A stretch of DNA of 64,000 nt from Candidatus Bathyarchaeota archaeon (lineage in GTDB: Archaea; Thermoproteota; Bathyarchaeia; Bathyarchaeales; Bathyarchaeaceae): contig CAVOMX010000025.1 of assembly GCA_963697165.1 (NCBI GenBank), positions 64,001 to 128,000 on the forward strand, written 5' to 3'. The notes under the pieces were generated by a model. It saw only the letters and a program-made list of their open reading frames with translations. It had not been told where the DNA came from and searched no databases. Made by a program: the position numbers and the translations under genes. Below are positions 7,957 through 20,831 of the stretch, in pieces (within the stretch, counting starts at the first letter, position 1; each line of letters begins with the position of its first letter).

Positions 7957-9172
7957 ATGAAAAAAATGTTCGCCCTCCCAATAGTGTGCATTCTAGTAAT
8001 AGCCAGCACCACAGTCTTTGTCTCAACAGTCCACGAAAACGAAGGCACAAAAGAAACGGCGGACTGTTACGTTGGCGTCTCATTTTGCGGAAACACAACC
8101 GCAGAAGCAAAGCTTCTTATCGACAGGGTAAAAGACTACACTAACCTGCTTGTGCTACAGTCGGGAGACGTAAGCGAGAACGAAACAGCCACAAACGAAA
8201 TTTGCGACTACGCAGTAGACGTTGGACTTGATATCATAGTATATTTTGGTAACCTCTCCCCCAGAGCACTTCAGAGAATCAAGCGAAGAGGAGGGAAAGG
8301 ATTTGCTTTGGCGGCTGTCTTGGATAAGCACTGCTGAAGAAAAGTGGGGTGACAGCTTTCTTGGAGTTTACTATTATGATGAGTCGGGCGGAATCTGGCT
8401 TGACCAAGTGGAAAATTGGCTTAAAGAGCTTGAATCATTGAACATTACCACGCCGTTTGTTGACCCAACATATGATAGCATAGCAGAACTGTTTAACGCG
8501 TTCTTACCAAGAGACAGGGGATACCAGGCATTAAAAAATAACTCCATTAACGTTTTCGCCTCAGATTATGCGCTTTACTGGTTCGACTACAAGATGGGCT
8601 ACGACACCATATTTGCTCAAGTAGGCTGGAATCACACACTAGAACAGGATATAGCACTAATACGAGGCGCAGCAAACCTGCAAAACAAGAGCTGGGGAAC
8701 AATAATAACATGGAAATATAATCATCCGCCCTACCTTGACACAGCACTAAACATCTACAATCAAATGTGGACATCATACGATGCAGGCGCAGAATACATT
8801 GTCCTCTTCAATTATCCTACATACCCGGAAGGAAACAGTTACGGCGCTATGACAGACGCGCACTTTGAGGCTCTAGAAAACTTCTGGAAAGACATCGTGC
8901 AGAACCCAGAGGCGGTTCATGGCAAAACAAAAGCCGAGGCATTATTAGTGCTGCCAAAGAATTACGGTTGGGGAATGCGAAACCCACAAGACACAATCTG
9001 GGCATTCTGGGGACCAGACGAAAAATCAGAGCAAATATGGACAATCTCACGACAGCTCCTTGCACAATACGGCACAGCCTTGGATATAGTCTACGATGAG
9101 CCAGAGTTTCCAGTCACGGAAAGGTACCAGAAAATCTACTACTGGAACCAAACAATAACAGCGAACCCATGA
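7957..9172 (+). CDS. Secreted/membrane-anchored hypothetical protein (one frameshift near 8250-8330)
   Basis: N-terminal hydrophobic signal; two overlapping ORFs read as one continuous protein. Confidence 0.7.
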
Positions 9173-9317
9173 AAATAGCCCAGAAAAACGGTTTTACCGC
9201 AACTTCTGTTAAACAGTTTATCCTCAGTTTTGGTTAACCTTTATATGCACCTTATGAACCTCTCAAAAGTTATCTGGAAGGTTCTACGTAAACTTACGAT
9301 TGGAGACACCGAAACAC

Positions 9318-9884
9318 ATGAATGAAAGCGAAAACAGCTCAATCATGCGTGTTGTCAAAAAACTTGCAAAAACAAAACTCAGCAGCCTCGCAATTCATAA
9401 GCTAGAGCAAATCGCAACCAAAGTGGGCGTAGAAGAGAAAGAGCTGTTTCAACTCTACGTTGAAGCAAAGAATCGCTCCCTGATAGAAAGTTTTGCAGCC
9501 ACACCATACAACGAAAGAATCGTATTGCTTCCTCAATGTCTCCGCGACAAAGATTGTCCAGCAGAAATAGGCAAATACGGTTACGAATGCAAGCAATGCG
9601 GAAGATGCAGCGTCAGCAAAGATAGTGGAGACTAACTAAAGATTTGGGCTATAAGGGCACATTTCGTCATGCCCGGAGGAAGTTTAGCAAAAAATATTAT
9701 GCTTGAACTTAAACCCAAGGCATCTCTGGGCGTTGCATGCTCCAAAGAACTTGTCATGGGAAGCTACCTCTGTGAGAAAGTGGGAGTAATCGGTCAAGGC
9801 GTAGAACTGCTTAAAGATGGATGCATTAACACAGTCGTGGATATGAAGATTCTAAAAGATGCTCTGAAAGTCAGCGTGCTTTAA
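9318..9884 (+). CDS. DUF116 family protein (frameshifted)
   Basis: LLPQCLR..CPA...YECKQCGRC in the first frame; PGGS...GVACSKEL...DGCINT in the second. Confidence 0.8.
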
Positions 9885-9886
9885 GT

Positions 9887-10671
9887 TTACCAATCAAAGG
9901 ATTGGCTGCCAACAGCTTTAAGGATTTTTTTGGGTGAAAAAGGAACCAGAACAGCGGATTTAAGGAAACGTCCAAGCTTCGGAATCAGCCCCACAGCATC
10001 AGTTCCCAACTTGCAGAGAACAATCTGTTCAAGAACACCCAAAGACTCTATTCGGATTATGTCCCGAGAGTGCCTAGACGAATTCACGGCTTGCTCAACG
10101 TCAGAGAAAAGAGAACCTAAAATAAGTAGCCGATCAAACCTGCATCGAACCCAACTGCGAAACAAAGAAAGCTTGGCGCTCAGAGAGAACCGCCTCAACA
10201 GTTCTTGCTATCTGTCCCAACCTTTTTGGCAATCTTGACTTCAAGGGGCACATTATCATACAAACAAAAAAGCTCAACTAAACGCTTAAGCGAAAGCTTC
10301 CTACCGTCAGCCAACTGAGCACGCAATTGATTCTCGGAAAGAACAGCATCACAAGTTTCCAAAGAAACAACCCCCAAATCCACATAAAGCTCACTTTCGC
10401 TTTTACCCGAAAAAACAATCTTACCACGCATAACAGAAAACTTTTCTAGACCATCCAAAGAAGCAGGCGCCAATCCGACTTCACGGTCAAGCAAACTCAG
10501 GGCTGCGGTTTTGTCATCTCCTGATACGTCCAGTTTTATCCACCCACTGTCTGTTGTGCCAGCGAAATGCAACTGCACGTTAAGACCGCTAATCAAACTA
10601 GAATAGAGCTCCTCAAAGGTTGCAGGGGAACAGGAGCCGTAAAGCTTCTCAAGAACGGTGACTGTTGGCAT
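9887..10671 (-). CDS. DUF2110 family protein (frameshifted)
   Basis: Two consecutive ORFs downstream of tfe and the HD gene, a conserved archaeal order; GTDAVGLIPKLG near the C-terminus. Confidence 0.7.
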
Positions 10672-11203
10672 TCAAATCGCCTATCAAAAGAGAAAGCTCT
10701 TCGTGGAGCCTTATAACCCGATCTATAGCAGGATGGTTCTCTCCAAGTTTCCTAGAAAACTGTTCTATTGTCCGCTCTATCGGCACAATACTGGAACCTT
10801 CAATCAGCTTGTCAGTGTAAGCCACAAGTTTTTCTTCCAAAGTTGCCGGAACATAATCTTTTACGGGCAAACCAAGCTTTTTTGCTTCATCAGCACCTAT
10901 GCCTCCACCAATGTGACACTCAATAATGGACACTATAGGCTCCGGCAGATTCAAGGATTTGGCGATTTCCACGCCAACAACAGCATGTGATACATCATGC
11001 GTTTTTGAGCGCCCAATATCATGAAGAAGAGCGCCAACCTCAACAAGGTCAACATCAACAGGTAATCCCTTGCTTTCGCAGACTCTAGCAAATTTAACAG
11101 CAAGAACAGAAACCGCTTTACAATGAGCAATAACCTGCTCGGAACAACCGACATCAGAAAGAAAACTCAGCGCCATCTGCGACGACGGCAGCTTCTCATT
11201 CAC
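10649..11203 (-). CDS. HD-domain protein (TIGR00295-like)
   Basis: LLHDIGRS, HIGGGI and EEKLVAYTDKL motifs. Confidence 0.88.
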   Translation of the reverse strand: MNEKLPSSQMALSFLSDVGCSEQVIAHCKAVSVLAVKFARVCESKGLPVDVDLVEVGALLHDIGRSKTHDVSHAVVGVEIAKSLNLPEPIVSIIECHIGGGIGADEAKKLGLPVKDYVPATLEEKLVAYTDKLIEGSSIVPIERTIEQFSRKLGENHPAIDRVIRLHEELSLLIGDLNANSHRS

Positions 11204-11708
11204 CTAATTCCTTCTTCAGAGCCTCAACCCGCTCCATCAAAGAAGCCTTCAGTTCAGTGTTATCGAAATGCATCAAAAGCTTGTTGCAGGTGGGGCACCT
11301 AAAAACAAGTTCCATAGCTTCTTCAAAGGGAATCCGTTTACATCCCTCAGTAAAACAGTAATAGAAGTCATGTGCCTGCTCATAATCGAGCCTCGTTTCA
11401 AGTTTTTCTAGAACACGACGCTTCTGATTCAAAATGAATCCTGCAAGCTGATCAAGCTGCAGTCTCCAGTGAAAAATAAACCAGCCTGTGGTTTTGTCAC
11501 GAGACCTTCTTAATCCCACAAGAGAATGATCGTAGAGCTTGTAGAGAATCCTGCGAACCGTGTTGAGCCGTATCTCGGTTTTTGCTGCAATCTCATCATC
11601 TGTGGTTTCTCCGATTCCTTTAAGGGAACTAATAATCTGAACAGCCTCTTCGCCCCCAAAGGCTTCGGCAACCTTCTGCAAAGTTTTATCGTCTACAATA
11701 GATAACAT
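11196..11708 (-). CDS. tfe: Transcription factor E (TFE alpha)
   Basis: TDDEIA...LNTVRRILYKLY...GWFIFHW winged helix plus Zn ribbon FRCPTC. Confidence 0.92.
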   Translation of the reverse strand: MLSIVDDKTLQKVAEAFGGEEAVQIISSLKGIGETTDDEIAAKTEIRLNTVRRILYKLYDHSLVGLRRSRDKTTGWFIFHWRLQLDQLAGFILNQKRRVLEKLETRLDYEQAHDFYYCFTEGCKRIPFEEAMELVFRCPTCNKLLMHFDNTELKASLMERVEALKKELGE

Positions 11709-11782
11709 TGAAACTTGTACTCCACTCTTCCAATATACTATGGAAACAGAGCTTAAATCTCTTACCAAATTTAGTCCATAAA

Positions 11783-12324
<542 letters not shown>

Positions 12325-12353
12325 CCTTGTTGGGGTCTCCTTCGCTTTTGTCT

Positions 12354-13613
12354 TCAGACTTGAACTCTCCTCCTAGTTTTTTTACTGCGTCCCTTAACCC
12401 TGTCTGCTAACCAAGGAATCGCACGGAAGACAACTTTCACAAGATCACCTTCATATTCGATATTCTGCACATGGGCACGATTGAAAAGGTCCGAAACCAA
12501 GGACAATGATTCGTCGTTTATTTTCACGGAAAAAGATGTCTCAACGAAGCCTTCTAGGTAGCGGGTAATCTTCTGCTTCAACAAATCCACGTTGGTTTTA
12601 GTCAACGTTGAAATATGAACAGGGTTTACTGCACGCTCATTCATATACTCAATCTTGCGCTTCAGCTCATCTTCGTCAAGCAAATCTATTTTGTTTAGCG
12701 CAGTTACGACAGGTATTCCTGATGCTCCAATTTGCTTTATTGTATCAAGACAACAAGTGAGCTTACGTTCAATGTCTTTTTCGGGTTCGCTCAAGTCAAC
12801 AACTAGGATAATCACGTCTGAAAAAATTGTTTCCTCAAGGGTTGAATGAAAAGCCTTAATCAGTTTCAGTGGCAGATGGTCAATGAAGCCAACTGTGTCC
12901 GTTAACAGGACCTTTCTTTTAGAAAACTGCACCGCCCGAGTCGTAGTGGAAAGAGTAGTAAAGAGAGCGTTGTCAACAGTAACAGCTTCTTCTGCAAGCA
13001 CATTAAACAGTGAACTTTTACCCGCGTTTGTGTACCCAGCCAAAGAAATCGAGGAAAACCCTAATTCGGTTCTTCGGATACGATGCAATTGACGTTCTTC
13101 CTGCTTCTTTTTCAGTTTTTCTTTGGTAGAAGTGATTTGCCGCTTCACAGTCTCGAAGTAAACATCCACTTCATATTTTCCCAGCCCTCCAAAACCGGGC
13201 TGCTCCTCAATCTTTGCCAGCTTCACCCGTTCTTTTGCCCTCGACAATTCGTATCGAAGAGTAGCCAACTGAATCTGAAGCTCTGCCTCATAGGTTGAAG
13301 CTCTTATGGAAAAGATTTCGAGAATAAGCTGAAAGCGGTCAATAACAAGCAAGCCCGTAATCTTAGCCAAGTTATAGGCTTGAGTAGGCGTCAACTCGTT
13401 ATCGAAAACAATCTTCTCGGCGCCAGTTGCTTTAGCCAAATCTGCTAGCTCAGTTGTTTTGCCGCGTCCAATCTGGTAGCTGGGGTCTCGTTTCCTGACT
13501 TGTTCCATGGAGCCCACAATAGTGTATCCTGCTGCCTTAGCGAGGTTCCCAAGTTCATCTAGGCTTGAAAGTTCTGTGGGAAGCCGCCGTTGAACGATTA
13601 TCGTTTTCGTTAT
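12354..13613 (-). CDS. hflX: GTPase HflX
   Basis: GYTNAGKSSL, FTTLSTTTR, DTVGF and NKID motifs. The frame extends to an ATA at 13613 overlapping the mbf1 stop. Confidence 0.92.
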   Translation of the reverse strand: MTKTIIVQRRLPTELSSLDELGNLAKAAGYTIVGSMEQVRKRDPSYQIGRGKTTELADLAKATGAEKIVFDNELTPTQAYNLAKITGLLVIDRFQLILEIFSIRASTYEAELQIQLATLRYELSRAKERVKLAKIEEQPGFGGLGKYEVDVYFETVKRQITSTKEKLKKKQEERQLHRIRRTELGFSSISLAGYTNAGKSSLFNVLAEEAVTVDNALFTTLSTTTRAVQFSKRKVLLTDTVGFIDHLPLKLIKAFHSTLEETIFSDVIILVVDLSEPEKDIERKLTCCLDTIKQIGASGIPVVTALNKIDLLDEDELKRKIEYMNERAVNPVHISTLTKTNVDLLKQKITRYLEGFVETSFSVKINDESLSLVSDLFNRAHVQNIEYEGDLVKVVFRAIPWLADRVKGRSKKTRRRVQV

Positions 13614-14125
13614 TTCTCCGCCTCCTTTTCCTTCAACTTGAAATTGATAAGGTCTCCCAAGGTTGTTCCTTGAGGTTTATTTGCTGAACTAATCTGAGTT
13701 TTAGGTTCTGAAGGAGGCACACGAAGCTTTATTTTCAGTGTATGCTCCAGCTTTTCTGCAAGCCCAAGATCTGGAACCATTTTGTTATTCTCAATCTTAC
13801 GCAGAACCGAGACGCGTTCTCTGGTTTTTCTACCCAAATCCTCATGACTCATGCCCAAACCCTCTCTAGCCTGCCTCACCAGCGGACCCACGTTTTCCAC
13901 GAGCTCCAAGGTTTCAGGTACCGTTGCAAGCTGTTTTCTTTTTGCGAAAGTTATTGGCTGACGGGGTATGCCCTTTTTTGTACTCTTTTGAGGTGTAGGT
14001 TCCCAGTAGCCAGAACCCAGGTTACTGCATTCAGAACAGACAGCCAAATTGGCTCCTTCAATTATCGCCCTGAATGGGGCACCAAATATTTGACGACCAC
14101 AGACTTCACACAGCAAGAAAAGCAC
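13610..14125 (-). CDS. mbf1: Archaeal multiprotein bridging factor aMBF1
   Basis: CEVCG...IEGANLAVCSEC Zn ribbon plus C-terminal HTH and TLGD. Confidence 0.9.
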   Translation of the reverse strand: MLFLLCEVCGRQIFGAPFRAIIEGANLAVCSECSNLGSGYWEPTPQKSTKKGIPRQPITFAKRKQLATVPETLELVENVGPLVRQAREGLGMSHEDLGRKTRERVSVLRKIENNKMVPDLGLAEKLEHTLKIKLRVPPSEPKTQISSANKPQGTTLGDLINFKLKEKEAEK

Positions 14126-14302
14126 TCACCTAACTATTTCAACGCAAGCCGATTCTTTATACTTGTCGATTTTATAGGATTTGACAGTCAAACAACTAAA
14201 CAAAACCTCCGAAAAATAGTAAATAGCTCTTCAGTTTGACATAAAAGCCGCAAATTATTTAGGGAGACAAAAACTATTATTATATTGTGGAGTGATGATT
14301 TT

Positions 14303-14542
14303 ATGCCTATGGCTTTCGTATTGATAAACACTGAGATAGGATCTGAAAGCGAAGTTTTAGATGAATTGAAAAAGATCGATGCGGTGAAGGAAGCTTACAT
14401 GGTTTATGGCGTTTACGATGTCGTAGCTAAGGTCGGCGCAAATACGATGGAGAAGCTTAAAGAAATTGTCACATGGAACGTGAGAAGACTGGACAAGGTT
14501 CGGTCAACCTTAACCATGATAGTTATCGAGGGACAAAAGTAG
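14303..14542 (+). CDS. Lrp/AsnC ligand-binding domain protein
   Basis: AFVLIN...[11 protein letters not shown]...VRSTLTMIV. Confidence 0.88.
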   Translation: MPMAFVLINTEIGSESEVLDELKKIDAVKEAYMVYGVYDVVAKVGANTMEKLKEIVTWNVRRLDKVRSTLTMIVIEGQK

Positions 14543-14655
14543 CCTCCACCTCCCCCCTTTTCTATTTAACGCATTCCAATTATCTAATAAGCAACTTTTT
14601 ATCTGAATGTTCTTATCCGCCCGGCAATCTAACTACAGGCAACGAGCGGAAGCTA

Positions 14656-15982
14656 ATGGTTAAGCTGCACATAGGATTCGACGACACCGATTCGCCAAAT
14701 GGAGGTTGCACTACTTACATAGCAGCCATCCTAGTCGAAAAATTGAGCAGCATGGGCTGTCTCCTTCACGGATTACCCCAGCTTAGTCAGGCTTAACCCA
14801 AATGTTCCATGGAAGACCAGAGGTAACGGAGCGCTATGCCTACAACTTATTTGCCCAGAAAACCTCGTGGATACAATCAAAGAGACAGTTATAGACACAG
14901 TTGAAGCTAACTCTGAGCTGGGTTATGATGGAACAGACCCCGGAATAGTATTCATTTTAGAGGAAGTTCCCCAAGAAATCAGGGACTTTGCAAAAAAAGC
15001 TGAGCAGAGCATCTTAACAATCGAAGCGGCAGTGAAGCTCGCTAAAAAAGTTAACGCCGAGGCAGTAGGATTCAAGAAGGGAAGAGGAATCATCGGAGGC
15101 TTAGCCGCCATCGGAGAGGACCTGAAGGGAGACCACACTTTTGAGATTATATCTTATAGAACGCCAGAAAATCGAGACAAACCTCGCCGCGTACATGCTT
15201 CATCCGTGAAAACGATGGACAAAAACTCGTCTCTTACATTCAATAATGTAGACCCTGAAACGGGTAGAGTCCTCATCACGCCCAGAGGACCTGACCCGAT
15301 CCTTTGTGGAATCAGAGGCGAAACCCCAGAGGCAGTTAAACAGGCGTACGAGATGATCACAATCGATGAACCGGTTGAGAGATGGATGATTTTTCGTACA
15401 AACCAAGGAACAGACGCTCATCTAAGGAGGGTCAGCGCAGTTGCGGATATACAGCCATATAATCCTGTGGTTGCGCAGGGAGTGGTATCCAAGGAACCAA
15501 AGGTAATCCAAGGCGGTCATGTAATCTTTTCGATCAAGGACGAAACAGGGGAAGTGAATTGTGCCGCCTATGAACCTACTGTGAGTCTATGCAAAACAGC
15601 AAGAAAACTGATGGCAGGAGACATCGTGAAGGTATATGGGGGCGTTCGTCCTTCTTCTTCAGAGCATCAGTTAACCATCAATCTTGAAAAGATGAGGATA
15701 TTGGAATTGGCTCCTAGAGTATCGTTTGTTAATCCAAACTGCCCTGAATGCACTAAGAGAATGAAGTCTATGGGAAAAAATCAGGGTTTCAGGTGTGACA
15801 AGTGCAGTTTTCGTTCTTCTCAGATAAAGAAGCTGGCGGTCAATGAAGAGCGTGGGCTTGAGAGGGGACTTTACATTACGTCGCAAAGGTCTCAGAGGCA
15901 TCTAACAAAGCCATATTGCCGATACGGGAAAGAAAAAACTGGGGCATCAAAAGAAATGATCGAAAACTGGCATTATCCGTGA
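14656..15982 (+). CDS. tiaS: tRNA(Ile2) agmatinylcytidine synthase (frameshift near 14760)
   Basis: [48 protein letters not shown]-terminal Zn ribbon, RHLTKP. Confidence 0.92.
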
Positions 15983-16087
15983 AATTCTAGAAGATCCTCT
16001 TTCGCGGGGTGGGAGTCTTAATTACTGTTTTGACAGTAAACTTAAATGCTTCTGGAGAAAAGTTACGGACTGGAAAAAGGGTACATC

Positions 16088-17518
16088 ATGAAGTTCTCGT
16101 TCATTAATCCGGGTCCAAATCCTGAGTTGCCTATCGAAGATGTTAAGAAGATGGTGGGAGCAGCGCCTCCCCTTGGCATGCTTTACATCGCAACTTACCT
16201 TAGAGAGAATGGAGTAGACATCTCGATTATAGACGAGGCTGCGCAGGGCTACTCCCTGAAGGACATAATTGATTGGGTGAAAAAAGAGGACCCTGAGATT
16301 CTAGGTTTTTCAACATGCAGCAGTTCAGGACGCAAAGCCGCGCTTATCGCAGAGAAAGTGAAGAGTGAGAACCCTAACACGGTCACTGTTTTCGGCAACT
16401 TTTATGCCACCTTCAACGCTGAGCGGATTCTGAAGAAGTATCCTTTTGTTGACGCGATTATCAGGGGAGAAGGAGAACACACTAGCCTCGAACTGGCAAA
16501 GTGTCTAGAAAAAAATGGTGACCTGAAGAAAGTTTTGGGAATCAACTTTAGAGATAATGGCAAGATAATTTCAACCCCTGATAGACCATTAATCAAGGAT
16601 GTTGATTCGCTGCCTTTTCCAGACAGGGAACTGCTGGATGTAGAATATCATAATACTACCGCGGGTATAGTTGTTGCACCAAAAAAGTTCAGCAGCTTTG
16701 TCTCGTCTAGAGGCTGCGTTTTTAGGTGCCGTTTCTGTGGATGTCGAAGATTAGCCCGCAGCCTTTGGCGGTCTAGGTCTGTGGATAACATAATGGAGGA
16801 GCTGCATTTGTTGTCCAGTCAGGGCTACAAGCAGTTTCTTTTTGTTGATGACAATTTCACCTTGAACACCAAAAGAGTGATTAAACTTTGCCGAAGATTG
16901 AAAAAAGAGAAGGTGGACATAGAATTTTTTGCTGAGGGTAGAGTTGACAATTGTCCCCGAGATATGCTGCAGGAGATGTCAAGGGCTAACTGTAAAATGA
17001 TGTATTTTGGAATCGAAAATGGCACTCAGAAGGTTCTGGATTACTACGATAAACAGACTACTACTCAGCAGGCGATTGATGCACTTAAAGCAGCCAAGAA
17101 AGCGGGCATAGATGTGACGGTTGCATCATTTATTTTGGGGGCACCCCATGAAACAAGACAAGAGATTCTGAATACTCTAAAGTATGCGCAGAAGATTGAG
17201 GCGGACATTCCACAATTCAACATATTAGCCACTTTTCCGGGAACCGACATCTGGGAGGAACTGAAGATGCATGGTTTGATAGATGAAGAGAAGCATTGGG
17301 AGACAGGAGTTTTGGTGTCTGAAGTTTCGCCTGACGCTGTGCCCGCCAAAGAGATTGAGCAGATGATTCATGATGGCTATCAGCGATTCTTCATTAGACC
17401 AAACTATATTGTGAAACAGTTGCTTAGAATCGGCATAAGCTCGTATCGATTCAATGTTTTGCTTAGCAACCTGAAGAGGGCTAACACTGTAGCTGAAGGC
17501 ATAAGGGACGTCACTTAA
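16088..17518 (+). CDS. B12-binding radical SAM protein
   Basis: PPLGMLYIA, GEGE, SSRGCVFRCRFC and DDNFT motifs. Confidence 0.9.
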   Translation: MKFSFINPGPNPELPIEDVKKMVGAAPPLGMLYIATYLRENGVDISIIDEAAQGYSLKDIIDWVKKEDPEILGFSTCSSSGRKAALIAEKVKSENPNTVTVFGNFYATFNAERILKKYPFVDAIIRGEGEHTSLELAKCLEKNGDLKKVLGINFRDNGKIISTPDRPLIKDVDSLPFPDRELLDVEYHNTTAGIVVAPKKFSSFVSSRGCVFRCRFCGCRRLARSLWRSRSVDNIMEELHLLSSQGYKQFLFVDDNFTLNTKRVIKLCRRLKKEKVDIEFFAEGRVDNCPRDMLQEMSRANCKMMYFGIENGTQKVLDYYDKQTTTQQAIDALKAAKKAGIDVTVASFILGAPHETRQEILNTLKYAQKIEADIPQFNILATFPGTDIWEELKMHGLIDEEKHWETGVLVSEVSPDAVPAKEIEQMIHDGYQRFFIRPNYIVKQLLRIGISSYRFNVLLSNLKRANTVAEGIRDVT

Positions 17519-17582
17519 AGGTTATAACAGGAAAACCAAAATATTATTGGTTACAGTATAGCTTCTGCAATTCTATTGAGAA

Positions 17583-18503
17583 GTGAATGACATGTATGAT
17601 GTAATAATTCTTGGTTCTGGACCAGCTGGTTTGACAGCCGCCATTTACACGAGCAGGGCTGGATTGAAAACTCTTGTTGTTGCAGGAGCCATGTGGGGTG
17701 GTCAGCTCATGCTTACGCGGGAAGTAGAGAATTTTCCGGGATTCGAAAACGGAATACTTGGACCCACACTCATGGAGCAGATACGAAAACAGGCTGAACG
17801 CTGCGGCGCAGAATTAATCTTCGAACATGCCACCGCTGCAGACTTCAGGTCCAAGCCCTTCAAGGTGACGGCTGGAAACAAAGTTTACGAAACAAAATCG
17901 GTTATCATAGCCACTGGCGCTTTGGCTAAGTGGTTGGGATTAGAAAGCGAAACACGTCTTAGAGGCAGGGGAGTTTCGGTTTGTGCTACATGCGATGCGC
18001 CATTTTTCAGGAACAAGATAGTTGTGGTTGTGGGGGGAGGAGACACAGCCATAGAGGAGGCACTCTTTCTTTCTAAAGTTGTGAGCGAAGTAAAAGTTAT
18101 TCATAGACGAGACAAGTTACGGGCTTGCAATTGGCTTCAAGAAAAGGCTTTTGCGAATCCAAAGATATCGTTTATGTGGAACATCACAGTAACGGACATT
18201 CTGGGCAAAGACAGAGTTGAAGGAATTAAGCTTAGAAATGTTGTTTCTGGCGAAGATTCTGTTCTTTCGTGTGACGCGGTTTTCTTAGCTATAGGCTACA
18301 CGCCAAACACGAGCATCTTCAGAGACCAAATTGAACTAGACGATAACGGTTATATTGAAGCCAGAGAAGAAACACGAACCAATATAGACGGAGTCTTCGT
18401 TGCAGGCGATGTAGCAGATTACCGTTACCGCCAAGCCATTGCAGCCGCGGGGTCTGGATGCAAAGCCGCCCTTGATGCAGAAAAATATCTGATAGAAACT
18501 TGA
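17583..18503 (+). CDS. trxB: Thioredoxin-disulfide reductase
   Basis: [23 protein letters not shown] and AGDV motifs. Confidence 0.95.
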   Translation: MNDMYDVIILGSGPAGLTAAIYTSRAGLKTLVVAGAMWGGQLMLTREVENFPGFENGILGPTLMEQIRKQAERCGAELIFEHATAADFRSKPFKVTAGNKVYETKSVIIATGALAKWLGLESETRLRGRGVSVCATCDAPFFRNKIVVVVGGGDTAIEEALFLSKVVSEVKVIHRRDKLRACNWLQEKAFANPKISFMWNITVTDILGKDRVEGIKLRNVVSGEDSVLSCDAVFLAIGYTPNTSIFRDQIELDDNGYIEAREETRTNIDGVFVAGDVADYRYRQAIAAAGSGCKAALDAEKYLIET

Positions 18504-18654
18504 AAGCAATTTATCTCAATTTGTTCAAAATGCATTTGAAAACGAAGATGCCACAGTCGAGATTAACAAAGCTTTTACACGTGATAAGACAATAAAACGG
18601 GTTGAATACTTCTCCACAGAATACGTGGCAGCGGAGAAAGGAAAAGAGTCAGCA

Positions 18655-19882
18655 ATGAGCGCACAATCTTACTCAAAAAAGTTGGGAATCGTAGGCAAAC
18701 CAAACACCGGAAAATCCACATTTTTCTCGGCTGCAACCCTAATTCCTGTAGATATCGGAAACTATCCATTCACCACCATCAAACCCAACCTAGGCGTAGG
18801 ATACCTACGGACGCCCTGTGTACACACAGAGTTCAACGTTGAAGACACCCCAAAAAATTCCCTTTGCCTAGACGGAATCAGACTAGTTCCGGTGGATTTG
18901 ATTGACGTGGCAGGACTTGTTCCCGGTGCATGGGAAGGACGGGGACTAGGAAACCAGTTTTTAGACGAAATCAGGAGAGCAGATGCACTTCTTCATGTGG
19001 TTGATGCTTCCGGGTCAACAGATTGTGAAGGAAGAATCTGCAAACAGGGGTAACATGACCCATTAGAGGATGTTAAGTTTCTTGAGACTGAGATAACCAT
19101 GTGGATGCACCAGATACTGAAAAAGGACTGGGCTAAAATGATGAGGACCGCCGATTCTGGAAAAGAAAATTTGATTTCTCTTTTTGAATCGCGTTTGAGC
19201 GGATTGGCTATCAAACGGTTCCATATAATTGAGAGTCTAAGAAAAACAGACCTTACAATGGAAAAGCCGACCCTCTGGAGCGACGAGGATCTAATAACGT
19301 TCTTGGACTACGTTGAGAAGCGTTTCCAAGCCAATGTTGATTGTGGCAAACAAGATTGATCGTCCAGCAGCAGAAGAAAATGTTGAGCACCTAAAAGAAA
19401 GCGGATACAAGGTTGTGCCCTGTAGTGCAGAAGCAGAACTGGCACTCAGAAGAGCAGGAGAAAAAGGTTTAATCGACTACAAGCCTGGAGATTGTAAGTT
19501 AACGGCAAAAAATCCTGAAAAACTCACCCAATCCCAGAAGAGAGCATTGGAGGCGATTCAGGAACAGATTTTGTTCAAGTTTGGGGCTACTGGAGTCCAA
19601 GAAGCAATTAACACTGCCTTTTTTGAGCTATTGCAGATGGTTACTGTTTATCCAGTAGAAGACAGCGAACACCTAAGCGACCACAAGGGCAGAGTGCTTC
19701 CAGATGTTTATCTTGTACCCTTCGGGACTACTGCTCGAGAGCTTGCCTATATCATCCACACGGAACTAGGAGACAGTTTCATCCACGCAATTGACATTCG
19801 CGGAAAAAACAGAATTGGAGAAGACTATGTGCTAAAGGACAGGGACGTAGTTTCGATAGTCAGCGCCAAAAAAAGAGGCTAA
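18655..19882 (+). CDS. ychF: Redox-regulated ATPase YchF (two frameshifts)
   Basis: [36 protein letters not shown] and a C-terminal TGS domain across three ORFs. Confidence 0.9.
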
Positions 19883-19884
19883 TT

Positions 19885-20680
19885 TTATTCGCCGAAACGA
19901 CGTTTTCGTTTCTGGTATGTTCTAACTGCACGCAGAAGGTCTATGAGTCTGAATTCTGGCCAGTTTACGTCTACAAAGCAGAGTTCACTGTAGGCGGACT
20001 GCCATGAGAGGAAACCGCTGAGTCGTTCTTCTCCTGAGGTTCGGATGATAAGGTCAGCGTCTTGTTTTGGCATGTGGGCGGTGTATAGATATTTTTCGAA
20101 GACCTTCTCGTTTATTTTGTCGGGATTTAGTTCTCCCTTTACCGCCTTTTTTGCTATCTTTTTTGTTGCATCAACTATTTCTGCTCTTCCACCGTAAGCT
20201 AGAGCCACATTTAAGAGTCGGTCAGGATACGTTTTTGTTGATTCTTCTACGCGCTGGATAACTTCTTGCATTGATTTAGGCAAGAGGTCTGTGCGTCCTA
20301 TGACTTTGACTCTGATTTTGTTTTGGTGAATTTGTTCATTCTCAAGAATAGAAAACAGTTTTTCCTCAATCAGCTTCAAGATTTCCTCCACTTCTTTTGG
20401 GGCACGATGAAAGTTTTCGGTTGAAAAAGCGTATAGGGTAATGAATTTTACGTTCAGTCCTATGCACCAATCCATCAGCTCCTCGATCTTGTTGGCACCA
20501 TGGCGATGACCGACCCAAGAGATCAGAGCATTGTTGGAAGCCCATCTTCGGTTTCCGTCGAGGATGATGGCGATATGTTCTGGTTTTTTCTCCATCTTTA
20601 ACTTGGAACCACAGCCACTTCTCGTATAACTTGTAGATTCCTAAAAGAGAGAGTAAACCTTCAAGCATATTTTTTACCAC
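19885..20680 (-). CDS. uppS: cis-prenyltransferase / polyprenyl diphosphate synthase (frameshift near 20590)
   Basis: PEHIAIILDGNRRWA, YAFSTENF and IRTSGEERLSGF motifs. Confidence 0.92.
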
Positions 20681-20831
20681 AGAGACTAAACAAGTCCGGC
20701 ATTACATTTCTTTCCGTTTGTTTAGTTGTTCCCAATTCATCATTAGGATGCCAGAAATATATAGACAGGATTTTTAGATAATAAACCTTTCAATTATCGA
20801 GAAGGTTTAGGGGGTCCAGTTGATCTGCCTG

